Origin: an uncultured Bacteroidales bacterium
GTDB taxonomy: Bacteria > Bacteroidota > Bacteroidia > Bacteroidales > Bacteroidaceae
Assembly (NCBI GenBank): GCA_902787575.1
Contig: CADAGX010000013.1
Location: forward strand, 172-64,171
Length of the DNA stretch: 64,000 nucleotides
Direction of reading: 5' to 3'
In this document: piece after piece, positions 17,361 to 27,094 of the stretch
Layout: each line of letters starts with the position of its first letter
Numbering within the stretch: the first letter of the stretch is position 1
Translations under genes and position numbers: made by a program
Notes under the pieces: generated by a model
Seen by the model: only the letters and a program-made list of their open reading frames with translations
Told to the model about the DNA's origin: nothing
The model's database searches: none

Positions 17361-18449
17361 TCACTTGGCGGCATACGCAGCCAAATATTTCTCCACGGTG
17401 CGGCTGATATGGTACGGCTGGAAGGAGGCCTGTGCCTGCTGCTTCATCCGAACAATTTCGTCGCGAGACAGCGCCAAGAAGCGCCGCATGGCCTGATAAT
17501 AATCTTCCTCGCCACTGCTTGCCGAAAGCAATCCGTTTCGTCCGTCCTCCACCACATTGACAATGCCACCCACGGGACTACAAACTGGAACGCACCCCAC
17601 GGCAAGACTCTCCAGCAGCGTAATGGGAAGTCCCTCCCAAACCGAAGGAAGGCACATGGCATCGGCCTTGGCAAGAAGAGATGGCACGTCGGTACGCAAG
17701 CCCAAATAGCAAATACGACCTGAGAAATAGGGACGCAGCTGCTGCATAATGTCATCGTCCTCTTCTTTCCCAACTATCAGCAACGCCACATCACAGCCTT
17801 CATCTATCAGGCGACGGAACACGCGAACCAGCACCATCTGGTTCTTGGCCTCCGTAATGCGGCCCGGATGAACGAAAACACGGGTTTCAGGCGTGACGCG
17901 TGCTTCATCTACTGGGTTCTGCGCACCATCTACGCGAGGCATCGGAATTCCGTTCTCGCACAGGTGGCTCCGGCAACCATACAACTCGTAGAACGACTGC
18001 TGGCTGGCCGGTGAAATGGTGATGGCACGAACGAGCCCCAGGCGGAAAGCCAACTTCTTCAGCAGGAAGAAACGGACGTCCCACTTGAAGTTTTCCCGCC
18101 GCGCATCGGAATGGAACGTGTAGAAGAACTTCTGCCGCGGCAACATCAGGACGGCAAAAAAGAAATAGTAGAAGAACCCGTGCAGTTGGACCACGTCAAA
18201 ATGTCCACGACGAATGTAGCGATAGACGGAGAACACTTCGCGAAGCGAGAACCCAGTGCTCTCTTTCCCCAGCGTGTCGCGATGGACATTGTCTGGCAGT
18301 TGATACCAGAAGATGTCGTCCGACTTGGGGCGATAAATGGAGCACACCGTGACATCGTGTCCCTGACGGGCCATTTCGCCCGCAATGGAGCAAATGACCG
18401 ACTCGATGCCGCCGCCAAGCATGGATGGATGAATATGTAGTATTCTCAT
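17361..18449 (-). CDS. Glycosyltransferase family 4
   Basis: MRILHIHPSMLGGGIES N-terminus and a C-terminal PSVWEGLPITLLESLAVGCVPV motif. Confidence 0.8.
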   Translation of the reverse strand: MRILHIHPSMLGGGIESVICSIAGEMARQGHDVTVCSIYRPKSDDIFWYQLPDNVHRDTLGKESTGFSLREVFSVYRYIRRGHFDVVQLHGFFYYFFFAVLMLPRQKFFYTFHSDARRENFKWDVRFFLLKKLAFRLGLVRAITISPASQQSFYELYGCRSHLCENGIPMPRVDGAQNPVDEARVTPETRVFVHPGRITEAKNQMVLVRVFRRLIDEGCDVALLIVGKEEDDDIMQQLRPYFSGRICYLGLRTDVPSLLAKADAMCLPSVWEGLPITLLESLAVGCVPVCSPVGGIVNVVEDGRNGLLSASSGEEDYYQAMRRFLALSRDEIVRMKQQAQASFQPYHISRTVEKYLAAYAAK

Positions 18450-18478
18450 TTGCGTTTATTCTTATTCCGTATCATTTC

Positions 18479-19651
18479 TTATATCGCTGCACCCACATAT
18501 GCTACATAGAACGAATACAGCAGGGCATATCCCGTGCTGGCGAGCGCAAACAGAAAGGAGAACTTGGCCAGACGTGTATACCGCCCATTCTGCCATGCCC
18601 ATGCCAACACGATACATGCCGGAATAAAGCCAAAGCGAAGGAAGCGGATGAAAAGGATACGTGTATTTACGCCCAGATTAAATGCAAAGACAGAGGCTGT
18701 GGCTACGATGTAGAACAGCAGCCGGCCAAAGAAACGAACGTCGGCAGGCACCGGATTCACCGGTTCCTCTTCGCCGCTCTCGTCCTCTGCGTCCTCGGTG
18801 AGAATGTTTAGCCGGTAGCCTAAATACGCCAACATATAATAAGGAATACACTCCAAGATAAGCTGCAGATTGTAGGCAAAGCCAATCTCGTCAGTGTCTT
18901 CGGTTAGATAAGTCATGCCTGCCGTGGCACCAGTATTACGCTCGGTGGGATCGACAAACGAGTCCATAAACTGAGCCAGTAAAAGCTCTGTGATGATCAC
19001 CACAAAAGGATAAATCATCAGCAGGAGAAGAAATGTACGTTTGTTGAGCATCTTGGGCAGAAATGCCAGCAGTATGAGAACCACACCATAGATAGACGAC
19101 TTGTGGAAGAAGAGAGAACTTATCAGCAGCACGGAGCCAAGGATCAGGGAGAGTAGCACTTTGCCTCGAACGGGCTTGCATATCACCGAGCCTCCCAGAT
19201 ACATTGCTGCATATGCCAAAGAGATTCGGCCGTAGCCGAAGTAGATAAGCCACACGGAACAGAAGAAACACAGTATAAGGTCGCCCCGCACCGAAGCATG
19301 CTTCATCAACAAGCACATAAGATAAAGCGCCGCGCCCCATATTATGGCACGAAACACCAGATAGTTCGGCGCCATGAGGTTGGCTATGTAATAATATACA
19401 TCTTCGAGCGATGTATTGAAACCATCCATATACACGAGGTTGAGGTACATCTCGGCGTAGTGAAACCAATCTGTACCCCAGAAAGAGAAAAGACAGAACA
19501 CAAGAGCCACCAGAATCATCAGATAGCGACGCCAGGGGCGAAGCATGAAAGGTTCCTTGAATCCCTTCCAACTCAGCAGGAGCAGGAGGACTACCATCAA
19601 GAGGTTTGAGAAAACCAGTATCGGCAGGGGTTCAAGGTTGGTAAATTCCAT
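18479..19651 (-). CDS. EpsG-family membrane protein (Wzy-type polymerase candidate)
   Basis: About 10-11 TM segments. The size and composition are typical of EpsG/O-antigen polymerases. Confidence 0.65.
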   Translation of the reverse strand: MEFTNLEPLPILVFSNLLMVVLLLLLSWKGFKEPFMLRPWRRYLMILVALVFCLFSFWGTDWFHYAEMYLNLVYMDGFNTSLEDVYYYIANLMAPNYLVFRAIIWGAALYLMCLLMKHASVRGDLILCFFCSVWLIYFGYGRISLAYAAMYLGGSVICKPVRGKVLLSLILGSVLLISSLFFHKSSIYGVVLILLAFLPKMLNKRTFLLLLMIYPFVVIITELLLAQFMDSFVDPTERNTGATAGMTYLTEDTDEIGFAYNLQLILECIPYYMLAYLGYRLNILTEDAEDESGEEEPVNPVPADVRFFGRLLFYIVATASVFAFNLGVNTRILFIRFLRFGFIPACIVLAWAWQNGRYTRLAKFSFLFALASTGYALLYSFYVAYVGAAI

Positions 19652-19684
19652 CTATTGCCTCGTTTATTGCAGGAAGTAGCGAGC

Positions 19685-20407
19685 CTACTCGATGAAGCCA
19701 ATCTTCAGAAGACCCTCGCAGGGTTTCTCCTCGTAGGTAAAATATATCACATTCTTGCGGTCTTTCATACCAAAGTTGGGGTTGGGAGTCATGTAGTCGT
19801 CGCCATATTGCGCCCGCAAGTGGACATCTGTATTCATCGGGATGCGAACCCGTACACCCTTGAACTCCACTTGCTGCATGTCGCTCAACGGAAAGTTCAC
19901 GCGCATAGTGCGGAAAGGCATCAGACGGTTCAAGCTCCAACGGAAAGTCATGTTCTTGAGCGGGGCGAATATGTTGCAATACATCACATCGCCCTCCACA
20001 CGGAAGTAGAAAATATCGATGGTCGTACTCATATCCCGATGTTTGTAGCATTCCTCACGTCCGCCATCGTCCTTTACATTATAGTATCTTACCAGTTCAA
20101 AGCCAGCCTGCTCAAGCACAGCCTGAATCTTGGGTTGGTCCTCCAGAAAGGCTCCTGTGTCTAAGTCGCAATCGTGGGATATGAAGTCATGTTCACGATA
20201 GTAGCCCAGCAAAGTGCCAAACTCAAGCCAGAAAGTAATCTGCGCCTCGTCCAACGCGGCCGAGAAGCGCTGCAGCACCTGCACGGCTTCACGTCGAAAG
20301 GCGGCCGACCGACGGCTATGCTTTCTCCGAGCCCTGCGTTCCATGACGGCACGATAAAGCGGATAGAGAGGAGTCTTGCGGAAAAAAGTGAGTAATACCT
20401 GCATCAT
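19685..20407 (-). CDS. LicD-family phosphotransferase
   Basis: FWLEFGTLLGYYREHDFISHDCDLD (the LicD D.D motif region). Confidence 0.8.
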   Translation of the reverse strand: MMQVLLTFFRKTPLYPLYRAVMERRARRKHSRRSAAFRREAVQVLQRFSAALDEAQITFWLEFGTLLGYYREHDFISHDCDLDTGAFLEDQPKIQAVLEQAGFELVRYYNVKDDGGREECYKHRDMSTTIDIFYFRVEGDVMYCNIFAPLKNMTFRWSLNRLMPFRTMRVNFPLSDMQQVEFKGVRVRIPMNTDVHLRAQYGDDYMTPNPNFGMKDRKNVIYFTYEEKPCEGLLKIGFIE

Positions 20408-20646
20408 AGCGATTCGTGTTTCTGTTTGGCCAAAAGATAACCCTCAAAAAGCAAGAGGTCTTCCTTGGTTGTGGTTTTGATATTCGTCTGGTCGCCCTTG
20501 GAGAAATAAATTGGGATACCTAAGGCAGCCATAAAGTTGGTGGTGTGAGGCTCCAGCTTGTCAAAGAGCCCCTTTGGTTTCTCGTACGTGAAGGGAGCAA
20601 AACGGTTTGACTTACCTGCAGCTAAAATAACGGCGTTTCTTTTCAT
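20404..20646 (-). pseudogene. Internally deleted cytidylyl/nucleotidyltransferase remnant (80 aa)
   Basis: The N-terminus AVILAAGKSNRFAPFTYEKPKGL matches an NTP-transferase P-loop. The C-terminus GDQTNIKTTTKEDLLLFEGYL matches the IspD/TarI-type end. About 150 aa of catalytic core is missing. There is a 4-nt ATGA overlap with licD. Confidence 0.55.
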
Positions 20647-20656
20647 ATATAATATA

Positions 20657-22189
20657 TTAATGTATCATACCAACGACTTTCTTAAACAGACCTTTCACCA
20701 AATCTTTCTCGGTTGCATTCAGAGCGAGAGAATATGCCGCGAGGGAAACGACAGCAAAGCTGACGGCACAGGTTAGGACGAAGCGGACGAAGCCAGGCTG
20801 CACAAGCATCTGTACGAAGTACGGCATCCAACATGTGGCAAGCACGACCAAGACAAAAGGCAACAGAATAGACCTGAGATAGTCTGCGATGGAATAATCC
20901 ACGATTGTCTTTAGTATTATCAGCGCCACGACCTGTGCCAGAAGCATCGACAAGAAAGACATCCAGAGAGCGCACTCGGCGCTATATCCCATTCGTAGCA
21001 CCACATACGCAAGTGGGACAGCCAGCATCACGGCCAGCGAGGAGAACACCTGGTAGTTGCGCATCTTTCCGGAAGCATGCACCACGGATGACACCGCGGC
21101 GTTCAGGCTGTTCAGGAAGGACACAGCTATGGTGATAACAAGGAAGGTGGCTGTATGTTCTGGCACGTAGTCGGCCAGCCACAACTTCAGAATGAAGTCA
21201 GTCTCATACACAATGGGGAGCGACAACAGGTACAGGACGAGACAGCTGAACTTGCTCGCGCTATACATCAATTTCATCGTACGCTCAGTATTTCCTACTG
21301 CATAGGATTGGACCACCTGAGGTCTGATGGGAATCGACACGTTCTGCACGAAACTTTCCAGACCCGCATTCACTTGTGCCGAAATGCCTCGGGCAGCGTT
21401 TACCACCGGGCCAAAGAACAAGTTGAGAACAAGGTTGATGCCCTGCTCCTTCATCATGTGTGAGAAGGAACCGAAAACATTCCATCCCGAGAAGGAAACC
21501 ATCTGGCGGAACACATCTGAGTGAAAGCGTGGGACGAAACATATCTCCGTAAACCTCCGCTTTGCGTACGCATAATAAAGGATAAAGTTTATCACGCTTA
21601 TCATGGCCAGCAGTACGCCGTACACAATCAGGCGGTCGGCCGCAACGTAAGGCAATAGGATGGCTATGCCCAGCTTCAGCACGGCATCCAGCACACCGAC
21701 AATGGCATAATAGTCCATTTTCTCATGCGCCATAATGGCTGCCGAGTAAGGAACCTGCAGAATGAGGAACACAAAAGACAGCACAGAGAACTGGAATATC
21801 CAGCCTGCCGCATACATTCGGTCCGCCGGAATGTTCATCTTGTGATGCAGATACCAGAGACCCAAGGTTTCGGTAAGCAGAATGACAAGCACCGCCAGAA
21901 TAATCTGGATGACGAGCGCCATGTTATAAACCTTCTTGACGCCTTCAATGTCGTTGCGCCCCAGTTCGAAATTAAAGAAGCGCTGTATGCCGTTCGACAT
22001 GGAGGTGTTCAGGAACACAAACATCGACACGAAACCGCACACGACATTATAAACGCCGAAGTCCGTCACGCCCAGCACAGAAAGAACCACACGTGTCGTG
22101 TACAGCGTTACCAGTAGTACCACTGTCATGCGGATGCTCATGTATATCGAGTTCCGCGCTATACGCTTGTTACTTTCTGCCGAAGACAT
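20657..22189 (-). CDS. Wzx-type flippase (MOP/polysaccharide biosynthesis protein family)
   Basis: 510 aa with ~14 TM helices and an N-terminal NSIYMSIRM...LYTTR motif. Confidence 0.8.
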   Translation of the reverse strand: MSSAESNKRIARNSIYMSIRMTVVLLVTLYTTRVVLSVLGVTDFGVYNVVCGFVSMFVFLNTSMSNGIQRFFNFELGRNDIEGVKKVYNMALVIQIILAVLVILLTETLGLWYLHHKMNIPADRMYAAGWIFQFSVLSFVFLILQVPYSAAIMAHEKMDYYAIVGVLDAVLKLGIAILLPYVAADRLIVYGVLLAMISVINFILYYAYAKRRFTEICFVPRFHSDVFRQMVSFSGWNVFGSFSHMMKEQGINLVLNLFFGPVVNAARGISAQVNAGLESFVQNVSIPIRPQVVQSYAVGNTERTMKLMYSASKFSCLVLYLLSLPIVYETDFILKLWLADYVPEHTATFLVITIAVSFLNSLNAAVSSVVHASGKMRNYQVFSSLAVMLAVPLAYVVLRMGYSAECALWMSFLSMLLAQVVALIILKTIVDYSIADYLRSILLPFVLVVLATCWMPYFVQMLVQPGFVRFVLTCAVSFAVVSLAAYSLALNATEKDLVKGLFKKVVGMIH

Positions 22190-22213
22190 TACTTCTCTCT
22201 GCCTATACCTTAT

Positions 22214-23278
22214 TTATATAAGTTCAGATATGATGAGTCGCCTCAAGTACCACATCGTGGTGCCCAATGCAGCGATGATGAGCATTGCCGCCACAAAAAT
22301 CATACGCTTCGGGCCGGCCGGTCTGATGGGAACCGTGGGGCTCTTGATGACGGTGAATGCCGGCGTCTGCTCCTGCACCTTGGCTTTGGCGTTCTCCAGC
22401 TGTCCGCTCATGGTCTGATATTTGGTAAGCATCATGCCCATGTCGTTCTCCAACTGGTCTCGCTTGGAGATTGCGGCCTGCAGGGTTGCGTTCTGATGCC
22501 TGTCGCAGTATGCACTGTAGGCATTCGTTGCCTCGCGGTATTCCATCAAAGCGCTGTCGCGCAGCACCTGATAGTGCGCTACATCCTGACGCGCCTTGCG
22601 TGTCCTGTACTCAATGATGAAATTCTGCAAGTGCTCACGGATGCTGTCGGCCATAGTTGCACATATCAGCGCGTCCTGATCCTTTACGGTAATGGAGACG
22701 ACATTGTTTTTCTTGTCCACGATGCAACGCACCTTGTCCGTTATCAACTTCATCACGCCGTAGTCTTTCTTGCTCAGATAGAAGGGATTCACCTTTTCTG
22801 TGTCGGCCGCGTTTCGTACATTCTTCTCCTCGAACGCTTTCTTCACGAGCGCAATGGTCTTTCGGATGGGATAAGTCAGCGGATTGCGCTTCTGGTGCAA
22901 CTTCAGATAGTCGTGATAGGTAGTGCGAAGGCTGCCGTCGATACGCGCCACTTCAACATCAAAGAGCGGCACCAGAAACTCCGGCGACTCGAACAGTTCG
23001 GGATAGAGCATCGGATAGATGGCATCCGAACTCTGCATGCTGCTCAGGTCGAAACCAAACGAGGCTGCTATCGAACCGATTCCTCCGGCGGGAACATCTG
23101 TGCCCCACTCGGGAGCCAACTTCACCTCGCAAGTATAGTATCTGGGCTGCGAGAGAATAATCACGCACGAGAGTACGAAGGTCGTGGCCAGTATCTTCAC
23201 GTACGCCTTCTTCTTTTGGCTCAGGATTTGAGCCACCTCTGTCAGAACTGCGAAATCCGATTTATTATTGTTGCTCAT
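22214..23278 (-). CDS. Chain-length determinant (Wzz-family) protein
   Basis: TM helices at the N- and C-termini, a central coiled coil and a Wzz-like N-terminus. Confidence 0.75.
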   Translation of the reverse strand: MSNNNKSDFAVLTEVAQILSQKKKAYVKILATTFVLSCVIILSQPRYYTCEVKLAPEWGTDVPAGGIGSIAASFGFDLSSMQSSDAIYPMLYPELFESPEFLVPLFDVEVARIDGSLRTTYHDYLKLHQKRNPLTYPIRKTIALVKKAFEEKNVRNAADTEKVNPFYLSKKDYGVMKLITDKVRCIVDKKNNVVSITVKDQDALICATMADSIREHLQNFIIEYRTRKARQDVAHYQVLRDSALMEYREATNAYSAYCDRHQNATLQAAISKRDQLENDMGMMLTKYQTMSGQLENAKAKVQEQTPAFTVIKSPTVPIRPAGPKRMIFVAAMLIIAALGTTMWYLRRLIISELI

Positions 23279-23304
23279 GCTGTATGCTTTCCACTTGTGT
23301 TACG

Positions 23305-25878
23305 TTATCTTAATATGCTTATCAGGGCCACCACGACGCTGGCCAACGAAGCGCTTCCGCTGGCTATGGCCATCACCTCGCCCGTGGACATGCGATTCGA
23401 CTGCTTCTTTGTGGGCACCACTATTTCGCAGCCGGGCTGCACGGCCTTCCCGCTGTGGTGATTCAGCTTCTCCACCGAGCCGTTCATGTAAATGGCATAG
23501 ACGCCTTTCTTCTTGGCGCGGTTGCCATAGCCGCCGGCACGTTTGATGTAGTACTTGAGCGACTCGCCCTTCTTGAAGTTCATGCTGATGGGATAGCTGA
23601 CCTCGCCGCTCACCTTCACCGTGTTGCTGAACTGCGGTATGACAAGTTGGTCGCCCTCGCGCAGCACGATGTCTTCCGGGCCGCCGGGATTCTCCATTGC
23701 CTTGTCGAGGTTCACTGCCACTGGGTAAGTTGCGCCCAAGTCCATCTTCATTTGCAGCAGCGAGTCGGCCTGCGCCATGTTGTAGTCCTTGTCGCTTTGC
23801 ATGGCCTCCTCGTACAGCTGAATCTGCGCAGCACGCAGCGAACTTTCGCGCTGCAGGCGCTCGTCGGGCGTCATCACGCGGTTCAGACGTGCGCCCTTGG
23901 TGTATCCAATGGCGGTGATGCCGCCAGCTGCTTTCACCAGGTCGGTGAGTCGGTAGCTCTTGCTGGTCATCGAGTACTGACCTTCGAAGTTCACACAGCC
24001 GGTCACGGAGACGCTACGTTGCTCGCTATACGTAGGACTGCGGCGCACGGCCACCACATCGTAGGGTTTCAGCGTAAACGAACTGTCGGCCACATGGAGG
24101 TCTGCGTCCAGGGCAAAGGAGAATGTCTCGGCCATCTCGCCCGTATTCTCTGTGGAGTTGGCGTCGTAGATGCGGCGGAACACGTCCACCTTGGCCAGCG
24201 AAGCTGCATCCGTCAGGCCGCCGGCCTGCAGGATAAGGTCGCCAATGGTGGTATTCTCTGCATAATGATACGTACCGGGGTAGAGTACTTCGCCGGCTAT
24301 CGTGAGTGTCTGCTCGCCCTTCATCTCGATGACGCTGGGCACGAAGAGCACATCGCCTTTCTTCAACGCGATGTCGGGCACGCGGCCTTCCATGATTCCG
24401 TCCACGTCCACCGTCACCATCTCCAGCGACAGGTCGTCCTTCTGGCGGTGCATCACGGCCCGTGTACGATAGGCGTCCTCGCGCAGTCCTTCTGCGGCCT
24501 GCAGCAAGCCTCGCACTGTCTGTATCTCGCCTCCCAACTGGAACTGACCTGCATGCATCACGGCACCGCGCACCTCCACCATGTTGGAGAAGCGGGCCAC
24601 CACGCTGTCCACGAAAATCGAGTCGCCATCCATCACTTGGAAGGCTGCCGACTGGAATTCGTCCACCGTATGCATGCTGTATTCCGAACCAGCCTTGCGC
24701 GTCAGGCGCACGTTCTTAGTATACGCATCGCCTGCGAAACCGCCGGCAAACGTAAGCACCTGCTTCACGTTCTCGCCCGTCTTCATCTCGTAGAACATAG
24801 GCCGCTTCACCTTTCCGCGCACGTTTACGAGACAATCGTAGGGACCGACCACTATCACATCGTTGTCCTGCAGTCGGACGTCGCCTGCCATGTTGCCGTT
24901 CAGCAGATAGTCATAGACGTCGATGACTGCAATATTCTTTCCGCCACGATAGACTTTGATGTCGCGCAGCGTACCGATGTCGTTGATACCGCCTGCCAGA
25001 TAGAGTGCGTTGAAGGCGCTCGACAGGCTGCTCAGTGTGTAGGTGCCCGGCGCCACGACTTCGCCCACCACCTGCACCTGGATGCTACGCACGTCGCCCA
25101 CCGAAAGGCTGAACTTGCAGTCGGCATAGTACTGCCCGAGCTTGCTCTTCACCACGCTCGTGGCTTGCTGCACCGAGAGGCCGGCCAGCTTTATCGGACC
25201 CACGCCTTCCACCACCACCACGCCGTCGGGCGAGATGGTGCTCTCGATGCTGGTCTGACTGGCACCCCACACGTCGATAATCACCTTGTCGCCTGCGCCC
25301 AGTCGATAGTTGGCGGGCGTGGCGATGTTTTGGCTGGGTTCGAACGTCAGTTGGTGATTGTTGAAGATGTTCCGCCCGAATACTTGGTTCTCGTCGCGGA
25401 AGTAGTTTTGATAATAGATGAGTGAGTCAATGTCCATGAAGGCTATCTCCTCGTTCATTTCGGCCAACTGTTCGTCGCGCGTCTTGCCCTGATTGGCATA
25501 CTGCGAGCGAATCATAAATCCGTTTTGCTGCTGCATTTTCTCCAGCGCCTTCTCCTTGTTGGTACGCTGACGGCTGGCACCTTGGTCCACGCGGGCGCCT
25601 GCCGTGGAGAGGTCTACGGCTCCCATCTGCGACTGCTGCGCTTCGACTTTCTTTTTCAGGCGGCGAAGCTGGTCCACCGTGACGCCTTTCTTCAGCAGTT
25701 TCCGCACGATGTCCTGCTGGCTCGAGCCGGCGGCTTGCTCTTTCTGTACGAACTGTATCACTTGGTCGTCGCTCATCGACTGGGCAAAGGCCACGCCGAA
25801 CTGGAAGTTGAGGGTTGTAAATTGGAAGTTGGCAACGCCTATCAGCATGGCCATCGACAGGAATAATCGTTTCAGCAT
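23305..25878 (-). CDS. Large polysaccharide export protein with multiple SLBB domains (Wza/BexD-like)
   Basis: Signal peptide, a Poly_export-like Y.LG.GD...I.VWG segment, several repeated SLBB-like G.V..PG.Y modules, and a C-terminal TM helix. Confidence 0.8.
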   Translation of the reverse strand: MLKRLFLSMAMLIGVANFQFTTLNFQFGVAFAQSMSDDQVIQFVQKEQAAGSSQQDIVRKLLKKGVTVDQLRRLKKKVEAQQSQMGAVDLSTAGARVDQGASRQRTNKEKALEKMQQQNGFMIRSQYANQGKTRDEQLAEMNEEIAFMDIDSLIYYQNYFRDENQVFGRNIFNNHQLTFEPSQNIATPANYRLGAGDKVIIDVWGASQTSIESTISPDGVVVVEGVGPIKLAGLSVQQATSVVKSKLGQYYADCKFSLSVGDVRSIQVQVVGEVVAPGTYTLSSLSSAFNALYLAGGINDIGTLRDIKVYRGGKNIAVIDVYDYLLNGNMAGDVRLQDNDVIVVGPYDCLVNVRGKVKRPMFYEMKTGENVKQVLTFAGGFAGDAYTKNVRLTRKAGSEYSMHTVDEFQSAAFQVMDGDSIFVDSVVARFSNMVEVRGAVMHAGQFQLGGEIQTVRGLLQAAEGLREDAYRTRAVMHRQKDDLSLEMVTVDVDGIMEGRVPDIALKKGDVLFVPSVIEMKGEQTLTIAGEVLYPGTYHYAENTTIGDLILQAGGLTDAASLAKVDVFRRIYDANSTENTGEMAETFSFALDADLHVADSSFTLKPYDVVAVRRSPTYSEQRSVSVTGCVNFEGQYSMTSKSYRLTDLVKAAGGITAIGYTKGARLNRVMTPDERLQRESSLRAAQIQLYEEAMQSDKDYNMAQADSLLQMKMDLGATYPVAVNLDKAMENPGGPEDIVLREGDQLVIPQFSNTVKVSGEVSYPISMNFKKGESLKYYIKRAGGYGNRAKKKGVYAIYMNGSVEKLNHHSGKAVQPGCEIVVPTKKQSNRMSTGEVMAIASGSASLASVVVALISILR

Positions 25879-25909
25879 CTCTCTATTTGCTTTTTTTCGT
25901 TGTTTAAAT

Positions 25910-26584
25910 TCAAATTTTCTTGCCGTAGCCCAGCAGGCTCACGGTGGTAAGTATTATCTTCAGGTCGAGCCAGAGGCTGCGCTTCTGCAGGTATTCCAAA
26001 TCCATCTGCAGGCGGATGAGCATCTTCTCCATCGTATCGGTGTAACCATTGTAGAGCGTTGCCATAGAGGTAATGCCGGGCCGCATCCTATACAGCAATT
26101 CGTAGTCCGGGTTCTGCTGCATTATCCGATCGATGAAGTATTGCCGTTCGGGCCTCGGGCCGACGAACGACATATCGCCCACCAGCACGTTCCAGAGCTG
26201 TGGCAACTCGTCCAAATGATGCTCACGGAGGAACTGTCCGAAAGGTGTCACCTGTTGGTCGCACTTCTCCGTCAGCTGTGGCACGCCGTCTTTCTCGCAA
26301 TCTACAGCCAGCGTGCGAAACTTCAGTATCTCGAAGGGACGGCCGCCCAGCCCGATGCGCTCCTGTCGGAAGATGACAGGCCCGTCGGCCTGACGCCGCA
26401 GCCGCAGATAGACGTACAGAAACACCGGCGAGAGGGCAAGCAAGCCAAAGGCCGCAGCCACCACGTCGAACAGGCGCTTGGCCACACGCTCCACTGCGTT
26501 CATTCCGTCTCGTATCTCGGTTTCGGTACTTATTTCCAGCGTCATTTCAGTTTGCTTCATTTTACATAATAACCGCAAACGCAC
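25910..26584 (-). CDS. Small phosphoglycosyl transferase (Bac_transf, WcaJ/PglC-like)
   Basis: AKRLFDVV, DGPVIFRQERIG, KFRTL, SFVGPRP and RPGITS motifs. Confidence 0.85.
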   Translation of the reverse strand: MRLRLLCKMKQTEMTLEISTETEIRDGMNAVERVAKRLFDVVAAAFGLLALSPVFLYVYLRLRRQADGPVIFRQERIGLGGRPFEILKFRTLAVDCEKDGVPQLTEKCDQQVTPFGQFLREHHLDELPQLWNVLVGDMSFVGPRPERQYFIDRIMQQNPDYELLYRMRPGITSMATLYNGYTDTMEKMLIRLQMDLEYLQKRSLWLDLKIILTTVSLLGYGKKI

Positions 26585-26770
26585 CCTTTTTATTGCGGGC
26601 GCGAGGCCATTTTTTTAGCGCGCGAGGCGGAATGTAAATTTTTCGGATGTGAGATTACACACTGCCGAACATTGGATTTCTCATCGCGACCCATGCTTTT
26701 CGACTCGTCGGCGCACCATTTCATCGCCGACTAAGCAAACCTTATAAACAACTCGTTATCAACGAAATAA

Positions 26771-26905
26771 AAACCACGTTTCGCAGCCACGATTTCCACG
26801 CGCAGTTTTGGCTCACGCCACACGTGGTTTTGCTTCACGCGACACGTGGTTTTCGCTCACGCGACGCGTCGCATTTTACTCCGCCACACGTCGCATTTCC
26901 AGAAC
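26771..26905. repeat. Array C of the ACRYGT-core repeat family (6 units)
   Basis: Cores sit at 26776, 26798, 26822, 26844, 26864 and 26888. Four well-conserved 22-bp units end in ...TTTT(N)CTCAC. Confidence 0.8.
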
Positions 26906-27063
26906 CTGCGGCACGGAGCTCAGAAAACCTCACGTCAAGCCAAGAAATTAGTAAGTATTTCTTACCCATCCTCACGTTTCTCTGTCTGATGCGGCGAAGG
27001 AAGAAAACAGCGCGGCCCACAAAAATAATGAAGCCAGTGGGCTGTAATCTGAATTTTATTCCC

Positions 27064-27071
27064 TACCTTTG
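27064..27071 (+). promoter_or_regulatory. -7 box (TACCTTTG) for ssrA
   Basis: Lies 23 nt upstream of the tmRNA 5' GGGGCTG. Confidence 0.5.
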
Positions 27072-27094
27072 CAACTGCAAAACGGCAGACACAC

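Noticed and set aside
23455-25425. Very long ORFs antisense to real genes. These are 23455-25425 (656 aa), 53731-55494 (587 aa), 31073-32557 (494 aa), 42246-43655 (469 aa), 38844-40130 (428 aa), 4480-5676 (398 aa), 36435-37595 (386 aa) and 48273-49397 (374 aa).
   Set aside because: Each lies fully opposite a gene with clear family motifs (Wza, glpF/thiD, obg/adk, the OB lipoprotein, the TBDT, rny, fba, Endonuclease I). Their translations are low-complexity (H/R/V/A/L-rich) with no recognisable domains. This is typical of stop-codon-poor antisense frames of codon-biased genes.
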